Shown here in pieces: positions 39,401-48,488 of a stretch of 64,000 nt of DNA. Position 1 is the first letter of the stretch. Each line of letters opens with the position of its first letter. Position numbers and translations under genes: made by a program. The notes under the pieces are model-generated. The model saw only the letters and a program-made list of their open reading frames with translations. It had not been told where the DNA came from and did not search any database. Source of the stretch: an uncultured virus (IMG/VR IMGVR_UViG_3300027126_000148) (Duplodnaviria > Heunggongvirae > Uroviricota > Caudoviricetes); IMG/VR virus record IMGVR_UViG_3300027126_000148; one strand, 5' to 3'.

Positions 39401-42400
39401 TAAAGCATAACCATTGTCTTGAACATCTTCATTATAAGCAGCTATTTGAGCATTATCTTGAAGGACATTTCCAGCAGTTCTTCCTTTGAAAATAATAGAT
39501 GATCCAAAATTAGTAGTAATAGCAGAAGGGTAATCAGAAGTAATTGTTAACATCGGCTGCAAAGTGCCAGAAGTAGCAGGAACTTTATATAATTCTAATA
39601 TTGAATTAGCGGTTACTGTTCCTATACCGACATTGCCTTCATTAGTTATACGAGCAACTTCAACAGGAGCTGTCGCATGAGTTAAAAATCTAATGCCATC
39701 ACGGGATTGAGAAGCTATTTCTAATCCTAAGTAAGCAGTAGCACTTGTTCTAGCAAGACGTAAATAAGCAGTAGCATTAGCAGTGCTATTATTTAATTGC
39801 AAGTTGTAGCCGCAATAACCAACATTTGAAGTCGCATTTCCAAAAACATTGTATCCAAAAGTAGTTGGATTAGTACTAATTGTTCCTATGTTTAAATCTA
39901 GCTTATGATTTGCAGTAATAGTCCCTATGCCGACATTACCACCATTTGGATTTAATAATAATGGATAGTAAGCATCTAAACTAGTTTCATCTGTAGATTG
40001 TATCCATGCGCCTGAGCCCCCTGCTCTAATACCAAAATCTAGAACTGCATTGTCTGTAGTATTACTAATTCTAAATATACCACTTTGGGTCGTACCATTT
40101 AAAGCAGGATTTCCGACAACTCCATCAACTTGTAATTTTTGAGTTGGAGAAATTCCAAGACCTAAAGAATTAGTTACAATTAATGAACCATCTGTTTTAA
40201 TTACATCTTCTGCCGAACGATAAAGATTAGCTTGGGCATCATTTCCAAAACATATTCCACTATCTGGGAGAGTTGAATTTGTTGGCCCAACAGAAAGCAG
40301 ACAATTTGGAGTGTTATTGGTACTCCCAATATGCAAACGCCCTTCTTTATTAAGGACCATTGCGACTCTACCACTTGAATAAAACCAAGTTTGCTGTACA
40401 GAAGCTCCTTGATTAAACAATACTAAACTTGGACTAACGCCTCCTGCCGTTGTTGCATAAGGTCCAATATAAGCAACATTTGTTGGAAGTACAATTCCAA
40501 GCATTGGAACTGCTAATCCTGTAGAAGTAGTAAAAGATATGCCTCCGCCAGAAATATGAACTTTATTAGAAGGATTAGTTATACCAATTCCGACATTACC
40601 ATTACCTAACATTACAAAATCATTTCCAAAATTGGATTTGTAAGCTAATATAGCCAAGTTATTTCCAGTACCTGTGGCATCTGCATCTACCCAATCCCAA
40701 CCATCAGCATAATCATCATTATAACTACTACTATACATGCTTTCCACATATAGCTTAGGCCAATATCCGGGGCCTACTAATACGATACAAACTTTAGGCG
40801 TACCTGAAGAATCCCAGTCTTCAGCAGACAACTTGACTATTGGAGCAAAACTACCTGCTGAACTAATTGCTGGACTATAAAATGTACTATTATAATAATG
40901 CCAACATACCATCAAACTAGCAGCTTCTGCACTATTATATCTGAAACCTTTAATATTAATAGTGAAATCAGCGGCAGGTGAAGCAAAAGGAATTTTTGTT
41001 CTTATCTTTATGAAACTTGGAGTAGCTCCACTATTTATATCTAAACCAATTAACGTAAGTTTGCTGTCATCTCCAAAACTCGCCTCTCCATTAACAGCTA
41101 ATTTTACTGAAGGACTTGTCGTTCCTACACCTACACTACTTTGAAAATAAGTTGGCGTAGTTGAATAACCTGCTATTCTAGAAACAGCTTGATCTGATCC
41201 ATTTCTAACTTCTAAATAACCATCGGCACCAGATTCATAAGCATATATTAATTTAGCAGTACTAGCATATCTTTCTATAATGAAAGTATTTGCACTAATA
41301 GTATTTGGCTTTATATGTAAAGAAGCTGCTGGAGATATTGTACCTACGCCAACATTTCCAGCACTATTAATACGCATGTATTCTACGCCGGTCGCAGAAG
41401 ATGTTTTATCTCTGCCAAATGTTAATGCGTTTACTCCAGAAGGTTGACCAATAAACCAATCAGCTATTCCATACTGAGTCCAAATAGTAAAAGCTCCGTT
41501 TGCTCCTGCTGCTCCAGCATTAAAATTATAGAACTGCGCTAAAACTCCATTAGTAGGATTGTTGGCTTGGAGTTGTAATCTATAGATTGGATTTATTGCG
41601 CCTATGCCTACATCGCCGCTTAAATTGATACGCATTCTTTCATTCGTATCTTCAGAGATGTCAGTATTTAAAGCAGAAATTATGTTAGTATGAAAAGTAA
41701 CGCCCTTATTATAAATTAACTTTATAAAATTACCCTGATCATTTGCACTTGCAAAACGACGAACTTGAGAATTTGCTGTAGGAGACGCTTTTACATTATT
41801 ACCTATGATTGAGGCTGCACTGTTTAATACTTCGCCATAAGCTGCATAACCAAAGACAATATTTTTACCTGCTCCGCCGAAATCTAGAAAATCAGTAGGT
41901 GCATTTGAACTAATTCCAACGAGGCCATTATTTGTTATTCTAACTTTTTCGCTTCCAGTACCTCCATTAGAAGTTCTAAAAGCCATATAAGTATTACCAG
42001 CATCGCTTCTTGCAGAAAGAGTAAATATTCCACCAACTGTATCATAATTTAAGAACCCTGCGTTATCAGTAGGATCAGAGTATGTCCCTGCTGATTTTAT
42101 TTTTAATGTTCCGCTTACATCAAGTTTTTGAGTTGGACTTTCACTACCTATTCCAACGTTTCCAGCGGTCGTGATGCGCATTCTCTCTGCGCCAGCTCCT
42201 CTTGCTCTAAAAATATGAGTAGTATTGTCATAATAATTAGTAGGATCGCTGCTATCTCCTAAATAGATTGATGGAAGTTCTGGATTCCATACTCTATTAT
42301 AAACCGCAAACCTATCAGCAAATGAATAACCACTTAAAGCAATAGTACCATTGACATCTAATCTTGAAACAGGACTTGCAGATCCAATACCTACATTACC

Positions 42401-45400
42401 TTGTTGAGTAACAACAAATTGTCTTGTAGTTTGACCGCTAACATTCCAAACAGCAAAAGTATTATTTGCATCTGCTCCGATTGCGCCTAGTCCTGAGACT
42501 GCACCAATTCTTCCTAAAACTAATTGAATTGAAAAATTATTGGCTTTAATTTCTGCACCATAATTAAGTCTTTTATTGGCGATTGGAACTCCAACTCCCA
42601 ATTGACCAGATACATAAAGATCTGTTCCTATATTTATACTTCCACTTGTTGATAAAGTTGAGGTTACATTAACGCTACCATTTATTCTTGAATCACCAAA
42701 TACTTCAAAAGTATCAGTAGACTGAGAATGAGTACCGAACCTTACTAGATTTATGTATTGATGAGCGACACTTCCTGCTTGCTGCAAATATAAAGGTATA
42801 TTCGCAGAACGATCTACTTTTATAAATCTATGCCTATACAAACCATTTGTATAAGTATCATGATCCATTACTAAACCAAAAACTCCAGAGGCATTTGGAA
42901 ATAAATTAGTATCAGGGACTGTATCTTGATTAGTGAATCCCATGTTTTTCAAGTGTAGTTGACCTGATGGATTGGTTATACCTATTCCAACTGAGCCACC
43001 ATTTGGATTTAATAAAAGTGGATAAGTTGCAGATAAACTAGTTTCATCTGTAGACTGTATCCATGCGCCTAAACCTCCTGCTCTAATACCGAAATCTAAA
43101 ACTGCATTATCTGTTGCGTTACTAATCCTAAATATGCCACTTTGAGTTGTACCATTTAAAGCAGGATTTCCTACTTCTCCATCAACTTGAAGTTTTTGAA
43201 CCGGATTAATTCCAATACCTAAACTGCCATCTGTTTTTAAAGCTCCTAAGGCTGATCTATATAAGTTTGCAGAAGAGTCATTGCCAAAACTCATTCCACT
43301 TACGGCAGCAACAGAAGAAGTTGGACCGACATTCAATAAAGCTGGAGGAGTATTGCCAGCATTTCCTGCTATATTTAAACGACCCTCTTTATTGAGGACC
43401 ATCGCAATTCTGCCGCTAGAATAAAAATAAGTCTGTTGAACAGATGACCCTTGATTAAATACAACTAAAGTTGGAGCATTACCATCTGTAGAAGTAGAGT
43501 AAGGTCCAATGTAGGCTACATTTACAGCAGTAAGACCAATCATTGGTACTGCTAATCCCGTAGATGTAGTAAAAGAAATACCACCACCAGATATATGAAG
43601 TTTATTAGAAGGATCAGTTATTCCTATACCAACATAACCATTATCTCTTAAAATGTTTATGGATCTTTTTTCTACGCTATTCTCATACGTTCCAAGAGAA
43701 ACAGTATTTGCACTAGCATCATAACCAATGTAACCACCATAAGTTGTAGTGCCATATGTTGGTCTTTCTTCTGAGAAAACTATTCTTTTGAAAAAAGTAT
43801 CATTAACATCTAACACCATCCAAGGGTCATTATTGCTTGCGTTACCACCAATATGAATAGGAGCAACGGCATTAACTGTACCAACTCCAACATTCCCTCC
43901 AGAAGTAATACTCATTACAGTATTTCTTCCAGCACCACCGACAGAAGACTCTGTGCTAAAATATAAACTTTGACCGCTGGCCCAATCGAAATAATTTATT
44001 CCACCAAGTCTAAATAAAGAAATTCTAGCATTATTTCCTTCACTAATTAATTCTCCACTTGCTCTAACTGTTCCTATTACATCTAAATTGTAACTAGGAT
44101 TAACCGTGCCTACTCCTACATTTCCTCCACCGGGATTTAATAGTAATGGACCGGCAGTAGTATTTGAAATTACTCCTGTCGTATTTTCCTGAGCTATGTA
44201 TAAATAATCGCTACCTACACCAACACCGTCAGCAGCATCTGGATCTAATATTAAATAAGACCTGCCTCCAGCGAGAGAATCTTTGCCTAATAAATATCCT
44301 CTAGTTCCATCATTACCTACAATATCTGCACTTAGATAAATATTTCCTACTACGTCTAATTTAGCAGATGGATTTGTTTTTCCTATTCCTACAAAATTAT
44401 TTGCTACATTAAAATTAACTGGCGAGGATAATGCATAAATTCCTGTAGAAGCAAAACCAAAGTTTGCTACTTTTGTTTGATACATCCCCCAACCTTGAGA
44501 ATAATCATTCTCTTGCCTTGTGGTTATGCAATCAACAGTAAATCTATAATAGTAATGAACGTCTCCTGTTTGTCCAAAGCAAACATTTATATAATTACTA
44601 GCATCTTTTGCAAGATATTTAGGAGAGCCGTCATTTCCTAAATCAATTAAAGAATAGCTAATAGGTGAGTGACTTGGACCGTAATCATAAAATACAACTT
44701 TAAAATCATAAAGTTTAGCATCACCGTAACCGTATCCTTTAACATGGACAATTGGCATTTCATAAGAGTTACCTATTTGGAAAGGCGTTCTAACGACATA
44801 AGCGCCGTCACTATAATTATCTGAATTGTAAGTGAGAATATTTTTGTACTCTTGAATTGCGGTAGTTCCACTTGCTCTTTGAGAAAATGAACCAGATATT
44901 CTTAATTTAGTATTTGGGCTTGCAGTTCCAATTCCAACATTGCCACCGCCTAGATTAAATAGGACATTACTATTTTCTCCGTCGAATCTTACTCTTGGAG
45001 CAGAATCAATTTCAGAAGATCTTTGGATTTGTAAATTATTATTACCATTATCAACATAGAAATACCAATCAGTTGAACCGGCTGTATTAAAAGCCATTCC
45101 ATTTTCAGAGGAAGTAGAACTTCTATTTAATACTAAAGAAGTACTACCCCCGCCTTGACCATCAATCGTGAAATTACCATCTGTTTTTATTCTTGAGCTA
45201 GATATCCTATATAAATTAGCTTGAGAATCTGCTCCAAAAGTTATACCGCTTGTAGCAGAAGTAGAACCCGCACCTCCAACTGATAAAAGAGTAGCTGGAG
45301 CTGCATTTCCTATTCCAACTCTGCCATTTTGCTGAAACCTAACTGTTTCAGTTCCACCGGGAGCAAAGATAAATTTGTTTGCTGTACCCTGACTATAATT

Positions 45401-45931
45401 TGATACAAATGTTAAAGTATTATCTCCAGCAGAGCTATGATATATTTGAGAATTTTGATTGGCGACAGCATTTCCTAACTGTATGCCGCCATTATAAGCA
45501 GGATTTCCAGCGAACGATTGAAATATTGCAGTTATAACTGCATCATCTGCTCCTTTAACTTCTAGTTTAGCAGCAGGGCTTGTTGTTCCTATCCCAATGC
45601 CTGTTCCTAAATCATAAATACTTCCAGTAAGTAATTCTTTTGTATTACTCCAGCGAGCAACATAATTTGCTACTCCAGATCCAGAAACAAAATTTCCATT
45701 AACATACCCACTAAGAGAATCGATCCTATTATTTAATAAAGTTCCAGTAGCCGCAATTTGCCCACTTAATAAAGAAAGATCAGCATTGTTTGAATCCGCT
45801 TGCCACATTACGCCAGAAGACGTAGATGTCAGCACATAACCATTTGCGCCTATGTTATTGCTAACATCAAATACAAATCCAGAAATTGCAATTCCCGTCG
45901 TGAGAATTTCATCTATAGCGAATTGAGCCAT
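36422..45931 (-). CDS. Giant tail fibre-like protein with GNVGIGT repeats, a LamG module and a C-terminal intramolecular chaperone-like domain
   Basis: 3169 aa; GNVGIG repeats; C-terminal TKSFDIVHP...YASLEGPENGVYFRG resembles autocleaving fibre chaperones. Confidence 0.85.
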   Translation of the reverse strand: MAQFAIDEILTTGIAISGFVFDVSNNIGANGYVLTSTSSGVMWQADSNNADLSLLSGQIAATGTLLNNRIDSLSGYVNGNFVSGSGVANYVARWSNTKELLTGSIYDLGTGIGIGTTSPAAKLEVKGADDAVITAIFQSFAGNPAYNGGIQLGNAVANQNSQIYHSSAGDNTLTFVSNYSQGTANKFIFAPGGTETVRFQQNGRVGIGNAAPATLLSVGGAGSTSATSGITFGADSQANLYRISSSRIKTDGNFTIDGQGGGSTSLVLNRSSTSSENGMAFNTAGSTDWYFYVDNGNNNLQIQRSSEIDSAPRVRFDGENSNVLFNLGGGNVGIGTASPNTKLRISGSFSQRASGTTAIQEYKNILTYNSDNYSDGAYVVRTPFQIGNSYEMPIVHVKGYGYGDAKLYDFKVVFYDYGPSHSPISYSLIDLGNDGSPKYLAKDASNYINVCFGQTGDVHYYYRFTVDCITTRQENDYSQGWGMYQTKVANFGFASTGIYALSSPVNFNVANNFVGIGKTNPSAKLDVVGNIYLSADIVGNDGTRGYLLGKDSLAGGRSYLILDPDAADGVGVGSDYLYIAQENTTGVISNTTAGPLLLNPGGGNVGVGTVNPSYNLDVIGTVRASGELISEGNNARISLFRLGGINYFDWASGQSLYFSTESSVGGAGRNTVMSITSGGNVGVGTVNAVAPIHIGGNASNNDPWMVLDVNDTFFKRIVFSEERPTYGTTTYGGYIGYDASANTVSLGTYENSVEKRSINILRDNGYVGIGITDPSNKLHISGGGISFTTSTGLAVPMIGLTAVNVAYIGPYSTSTDGNAPTLVVFNQGSSVQQTYFYSSGRIAMVLNKEGRLNIAGNAGNTPPALLNVGPTSSVAAVSGMSFGNDSSANLYRSALGALKTDGSLGIGINPVQKLQVDGEVGNPALNGTTQSGIFRISNATDNAVLDFGIRAGGLGAWIQSTDETSLSATYPLLLNPNGGSVGIGITNPSGQLHLKNMGFTNQDTVPDTNLFPNASGVFGLVMDHDTYTNGLYRHRFIKVDRSANIPLYLQQAGSVAHQYINLVRFGTHSQSTDTFEVFGDSRINGSVNVTSTLSTSGSINIGTDLYVSGQLGVGVPIANKRLNYGAEIKANNFSIQLVLGRIGAVSGLGAIGADANNTFAVWNVSGQTTRQFVVTQQGNVGIGSASPVSRLDVNGTIALSGYSFADRFAVYNRVWNPELPSIYLGDSSDPTNYYDNTTHIFRARGAGAERMRITTAGNVGIGSESPTQKLDVSGTLKIKSAGTYSDPTDNAGFLNYDTVGGIFTLSARSDAGNTYMAFRTSNGGTGSEKVRITNNGLVGISSNAPTDFLDFGGAGKNIVFGYAAYGEVLNSAASIIGNNVKASPTANSQVRRFASANDQGNFIKLIYNKGVTFHTNIISALNTDISEDTNERMRINLSGDVGIGAINPIYRLQLQANNPTNGVLAQFYNFNAGAAGANGAFTIWTQYGIADWFIGQPSGVNALTFGRDKTSSATGVEYMRINSAGNVGVGTISPAASLHIKPNTISANTFIIERYASTAKLIYAYESGADGYLEVRNGSDQAVSRIAGYSTTPTYFQSSVGVGTTSPSVKLAVNGEASFGDDSKLTLIGLDINSGATPSFIKIRTKIPFASPAADFTINIKGFRYNSAEAASLMVCWHYYNSTFYSPAISSAGSFAPIVKLSAEDWDSSGTPKVCIVLVGPGYWPKLYVESMYSSSYNDDYADGWDWVDADATGTGNNLAILAYKSNFGNDFVMLGNGNVGIGITNPSNKVHISGGGISFTTSTGLAVPMLGIVLPTNVAYIGPYATTAGGVSPSLVLFNQGASVQQTWFYSSGRVAMVLNKEGRLHIGSTNNTPNCLLSVGPTNSTLPDSGICFGNDAQANLYRSAEDVIKTDGSLIVTNSLGLGISPTQKLQVDGVVGNPALNGTTQSGIFRISNTTDNAVLDFGIRAGGSGAWIQSTDETSLDAYYPLLLNPNGGNVGIGTITANHKLDLNIGTISTNPTTFGYNVFGNATSNVGYCGYNLQLNNSTANATAYLRLARTSATAYLGLEIASQSRDGIRFLTHATAPVEVARITNEGNVGIGTVTANSILELYKVPATSGTLQPMLTITSDYPSAITTNFGSSIIFKGRTAGNVLQDNAQIAAYNEDVQDNGYALGFYTRPTVAGGLTQRMTILRGGNVGISSTSPAERLDVNGYILNRSKFAYTQRNDIVKNGLSFYVDFNNKTCFDSVVSASSIKDLSNNNYALALVNAATISNKDGNTSLYTANNSSYLQIASYVMALPHTWEAWVNGDAFATGGSGWDTIWDSGGLGIERPLIGVINGVLNVYPNTNNCGTLTAGKWYHIVVTTDASSNINTYINGVLTATFAYVSTFNVGTGAIWLGGDTTVETFNGYIPIARTYNRVLSITEVMQNYNAEKWRFDNNSTFYHDVAVGRVGIDTTSPNAKLQIAGTTASLLTVGTLTNDWGGVVAIGTPNGNGIILSKVNTTNDTNRVLTLMRDDTNGASIFGYTPVGTSTSVGFQIRASASSYFNGGNVGIGQTSPLEKLQVQGNIYATDGALFNFKAQRIPIEGNPQGGTYKGYLILAKAYTSGFLEASYVIGKVILRRGTSGTGHNVDIYEVNSSRGYNTEIFQVSRLGAIGTRFVRLVKVTYGGVVYHAIETSDSGGQPSTEMYFEGSIIDSPLILTDASFVSNVTAFGNGVIFVDQSSNIGIGTTSPDAALHVRGDQVYLYNDLNTNNTYFYARNSSAGNAGIKMKNSDGEWTIIANDRLRFIDDDAGVERLSILSNGNIGIGTTDPAGLLHVFSNNGRYINFTPISVSGLLIQRNQNIGSQGTTVLTLVNAQGPDTLVNRGTSLNLDIGYGGTSTTTAGTIARGARIAALNHNTYSSTAADQNAYLAFYTATGGSLTEKVRIQADGKVGIGISSPITLLSVGGAGSTTAVSGMCFGNDAEANLYRSAEDTIKTDGNLIVVGNVTAANLVSGNGTANYITKWNDTKSIANSQIFDDGTYVGVNTAVNTTYRLQVNGSFAATTKSFDIVHPTISGKRLIYASLEGPENGVYFRGRNNNNEINLPHYWSGLVHDDSITVDLTSVGKRKDGKIRNYSVDQIGHNKVYIYTDSDDNIYDYYYTIFAERKDVSRLITERDME

Positions 45932-45954
45932 TTGAAAACCTTAAACCTTATTAT

Positions 45955-45963
45955 TAATTACAC
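45955..45963 (-). promoter_or_regulatory. Putative late promoter GTGTAATTA
   Basis: Motif directly after a terminator, upstream of the fibre operon. Confidence 0.65.
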
Positions 45964-46004
45964 AAAAAAATCTTTAGCCCCCTAAAAATCGAGAGCTAAA
46001 GATT
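45964..46004 (-). terminator. Intrinsic terminator
   Basis: AATCTTTAGC...GCTAAAGATT stem followed by a T-run. Confidence 0.7.
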
Positions 46005-46030
46005 GCGTTTCTAATATTTTATCTGATATT

Positions 46031-46255
46031 TCAGACCTGCATCTTTGGGAATGGAGGAATCTCAGGAGCTTGAGTATTATTGAGTACACCCTGAAGAGCC
46101 GCAGTACACTTATCAAGGTACACATGCTCATCATAACTCAATCGGCTCTGACGAGCTAGACCTACAAAAGTGTTTAGCGCAATTTGCGGCGTAGGATCTG
46201 GCAAGTCCTTGACGGATGGAGGCTGCTGTGGTGGCTGTTGATTAGTCTGTTCCAT
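46031..46255 (-). CDS. Hypothetical protein
   Basis: 74-aa P/Q-rich ORF followed by a terminator. Confidence 0.65.
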   Translation of the reverse strand: MEQTNQQPPQQPPSVKDLPDPTPQIALNTFVGLARQSRLSYDEHVYLDKCTAALQGVLNNTQAPEIPPFPKMQV

Positions 46256-46266
46256 ATGATTATATA

Positions 46267-46623
46267 TTATCTTCCTTCGGCTAAAATTCTTTTGGCTGCA
46301 TCAGAAATGTCGTTGTCCAAAACTTTCTTTGTACCGGATACTTTTAAATAAGAATTATTATGGCGTCGAAATTCATTCAAAAGTCTTTCTCTCAGCATTT
46401 TCATATTATCAACTGGGAGAAGATTCATTTTGACTGCATGACTTTGAAGATCGCTCTTAGTCATAGCATTTAGTTGACTCCAATATTCATCCTCGTTAAA
46501 AGTACCGTACTTGTCTGAACCAGCATCACCAAGAATCTGGTCAAGAGTTTGGTATTGCTTTTCTTCAACTTGAGCATGAGTTTGACTCATGTCTTCTAAT
46601 GCTTGCTTCTTCTTTTTAGCCAT
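46267..46623 (-). CDS. Hypothetical protein downstream of the capsid gene
   Basis: 118 aa; MTKSDLQSHAVKMNL resembles helix-extension-helix motifs. Confidence 0.7.
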   Translation of the reverse strand: MAKKKKQALEDMSQTHAQVEEKQYQTLDQILGDAGSDKYGTFNEDEYWSQLNAMTKSDLQSHAVKMNLLPVDNMKMLRERLLNEFRRHNNSYLKVSGTKKVLDNDISDAAKRILAEGR

Positions 46624-46658
46624 ACCTTATAATACTATATATAAATAAAAATGTAAAA

Positions 46659-46690
46659 TAAAAAACCCCAGAGGGGTTACCTCTGGGGTT
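46659..46690 (-). terminator. Intrinsic terminator after the major capsid gene
   Basis: AACCCCAGAGG-loop-CCTCTGGGGTT followed by a T-run. Confidence 0.9.
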
Positions 46691-46707
46691 AAAACTGCGA
46701 TAGTTTT

Positions 46708-47859
46708 TTAGTTGGTGATTACACCACCGATAGCGCGAGCGTCGATACAAATACGACCCTCTTCCAAGAAGCCGTAGAAGCCAGTCTTCTCGGCGCGAGA
46801 AACGAATTGATCATCAGGTAGAACGCTGAGTTGTCCACCGCTCTCAGCGTTTGTAGCGACTGGGCGGATAAATGCATCACGGCTCAAGTCAAGACCAATT
46901 GAGAGGTCATGAGAAGCAGTGGCGAATGTAATGGCGTTAGCACCATTGATGTCAGGATATGTAGTTACGTCGAAAGAGTCAAACAAGGTGTTATACTTTT
47001 GACTCTTACCGAGTTCAACGAGTTCGATAATATTAATACCGAACAAGCTCTCCATTCCGCCGCCTCTATAGATCTCAGTACGAACATCTTCAGACAATTG
47101 GGTTTGATAAGTTGTAGAAGAACCTGTCGCAAAGAGAGGATTGAATGAGAAAGAACGAATCTTAGCCTTAATTTCTGGGCTAATAAAGAGATCGGTCAAT
47201 CCGCGAGCAGAAGCATCAGAAGGAGTACCACCAGCGAATGAAACGTTAATTCTCTTAAAGCGGAGAATTAGATCGTTCAAGCATCCCATATCGAAAGCTC
47301 TTGCACCACCAGTTGGGGCGATAAGATGCTTAAGGGCACCTGAAGCGGAGTAAGAAACTGAACGGCCATCCTTGGTAGCAGCAGCACCAAGAGCCTTTAG
47401 AATAACAGCCCAAGCATTGCGCTCTTGCTTAACAAGAACCTCTTGAGCCATACGATCCAAAGCTCCGCTAACTACGTCGAGACGAGCCTTACGGGCGTAC
47501 TTCTTATTGAAGGAAACGGCAGAGTCAAGACGATAGGTAGCGATCTTCAACTCTTGAACTGGTTGATCCATGTAGTTGGAGGGCAAGCCACCAGCGACAT
47601 TTTGAGCCCAGACGGAAACTAGACCAGCAGCCTCGTTGTAATAGAGGTCAAGAGGATAAGAAGGACTATCGTCTTCGTTATACTCCATGTCTCTATAAAT
47701 CATGCTGGCAGTACCAGCTTGAGCGAGAACCTTTTGAATTACTGGTCCGACGAAAGCGGCCAAAGCTTCCATAGCCTCGGCAGACTCAACGACATTGCGA
47801 GAACCAACCTTTTTGATTAGCTCTACTTGTTCTGGCGTATTTTTTAATTTAAGTCTCAT
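46708..47859 (-). CDS. Major capsid protein (HK97-fold, probable)
   Basis: 383 aa; follows scaffold and decoration genes; high-expression codon style; strong terminator; C-terminal GFYGFLEEGRICID. Confidence 0.8.
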   Translation of the reverse strand: MRLKLKNTPEQVELIKKVGSRNVVESAEAMEALAAFVGPVIQKVLAQAGTASMIYRDMEYNEDDSPSYPLDLYYNEAAGLVSVWAQNVAGGLPSNYMDQPVQELKIATYRLDSAVSFNKKYARKARLDVVSGALDRMAQEVLVKQERNAWAVILKALGAAATKDGRSVSYSASGALKHLIAPTGGARAFDMGCLNDLILRFKRINVSFAGGTPSDASARGLTDLFISPEIKAKIRSFSFNPLFATGSSTTYQTQLSEDVRTEIYRGGGMESLFGINIIELVELGKSQKYNTLFDSFDVTTYPDINGANAITFATASHDLSIGLDLSRDAFIRPVATNAESGGQLSVLPDDQFVSRAEKTGFYGFLEEGRICIDARAIGGVITN

Positions 47860-47895
47860 ATTAGTATATTAATTAGTTAGTTAAGTTATTGGTTA

Positions 47896-48459
47896 TTATA
47901 GGTCGAGGTTTAGTAATGCATAACCATCATCATCAGCAGAACCTAGATAAGTTCCAACTTTAACGTAAGAACCGTGGATAGCAGCATTTGACTCCAACTC
48001 TCCGAGGGTATTAATATAAGCAGCGTTACCGGCAGAAGCACCAGTAGCGTAAGCCAATACAATACCACGCTTGAGAATAGGAACAGTTTGTCCAGAGACA
48101 ACTGCACTCAATTCAGCAGCCTTACGAGGATTGAAGATTAGCTTCTCGCCGTTTTCGTCTGTTTCACGAACGTCATTAAGAAGCATTCCAACGACCTTGT
48201 TAGCATCGCCAGTACCAGCGGTAGTGACGCGAGCAGTGGTTGAATAACGATCAGAAACTACGTTAGAGTAAGAAGCTCCAACAGCAGTAGCTGAAGTAAT
48301 GTTTAGAGCGTCATCGGTATTTTTCCAACCGGCTCCAAGAACTTTAACGAAAGTTCCCTTGTTTACAGTTTCGAGATCAAAAGCGAACATGTTAATAACT
48401 TCATGCTCACCATAACCGCGAAATGGTTTAATTAATCTTTTAGTAGATGAATATGCCAT
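47896..48459 (-). CDS. Capsid decoration/cement protein (probable)
   Basis: 187 aa; GQTVPILKRGIV...G-x-x-AY...VGTYLG pattern; lies between scaffold and capsid genes. Confidence 0.65.
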   Translation of the reverse strand: MAYSSTKRLIKPFRGYGEHEVINMFAFDLETVNKGTFVKVLGAGWKNTDDALNITSATAVGASYSNVVSDRYSTTARVTTAGTGDANKVVGMLLNDVRETDENGEKLIFNPRKAAELSAVVSGQTVPILKRGIVLAYATGASAGNAAYINTLGELESNAAIHGSYVKVGTYLGSADDDGYALLNLDL

Positions 48460-48488
48460 AGTATTTTCCTATTATTTATTTGTTTTGT

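Noticed and set aside
28600..45931. Diversity-generating retroelement template/variable repeats
   Set aside because: The duplicated modules are in-frame coding, the differences do not appear adenine-specific, and there is no reverse transcriptase in the window
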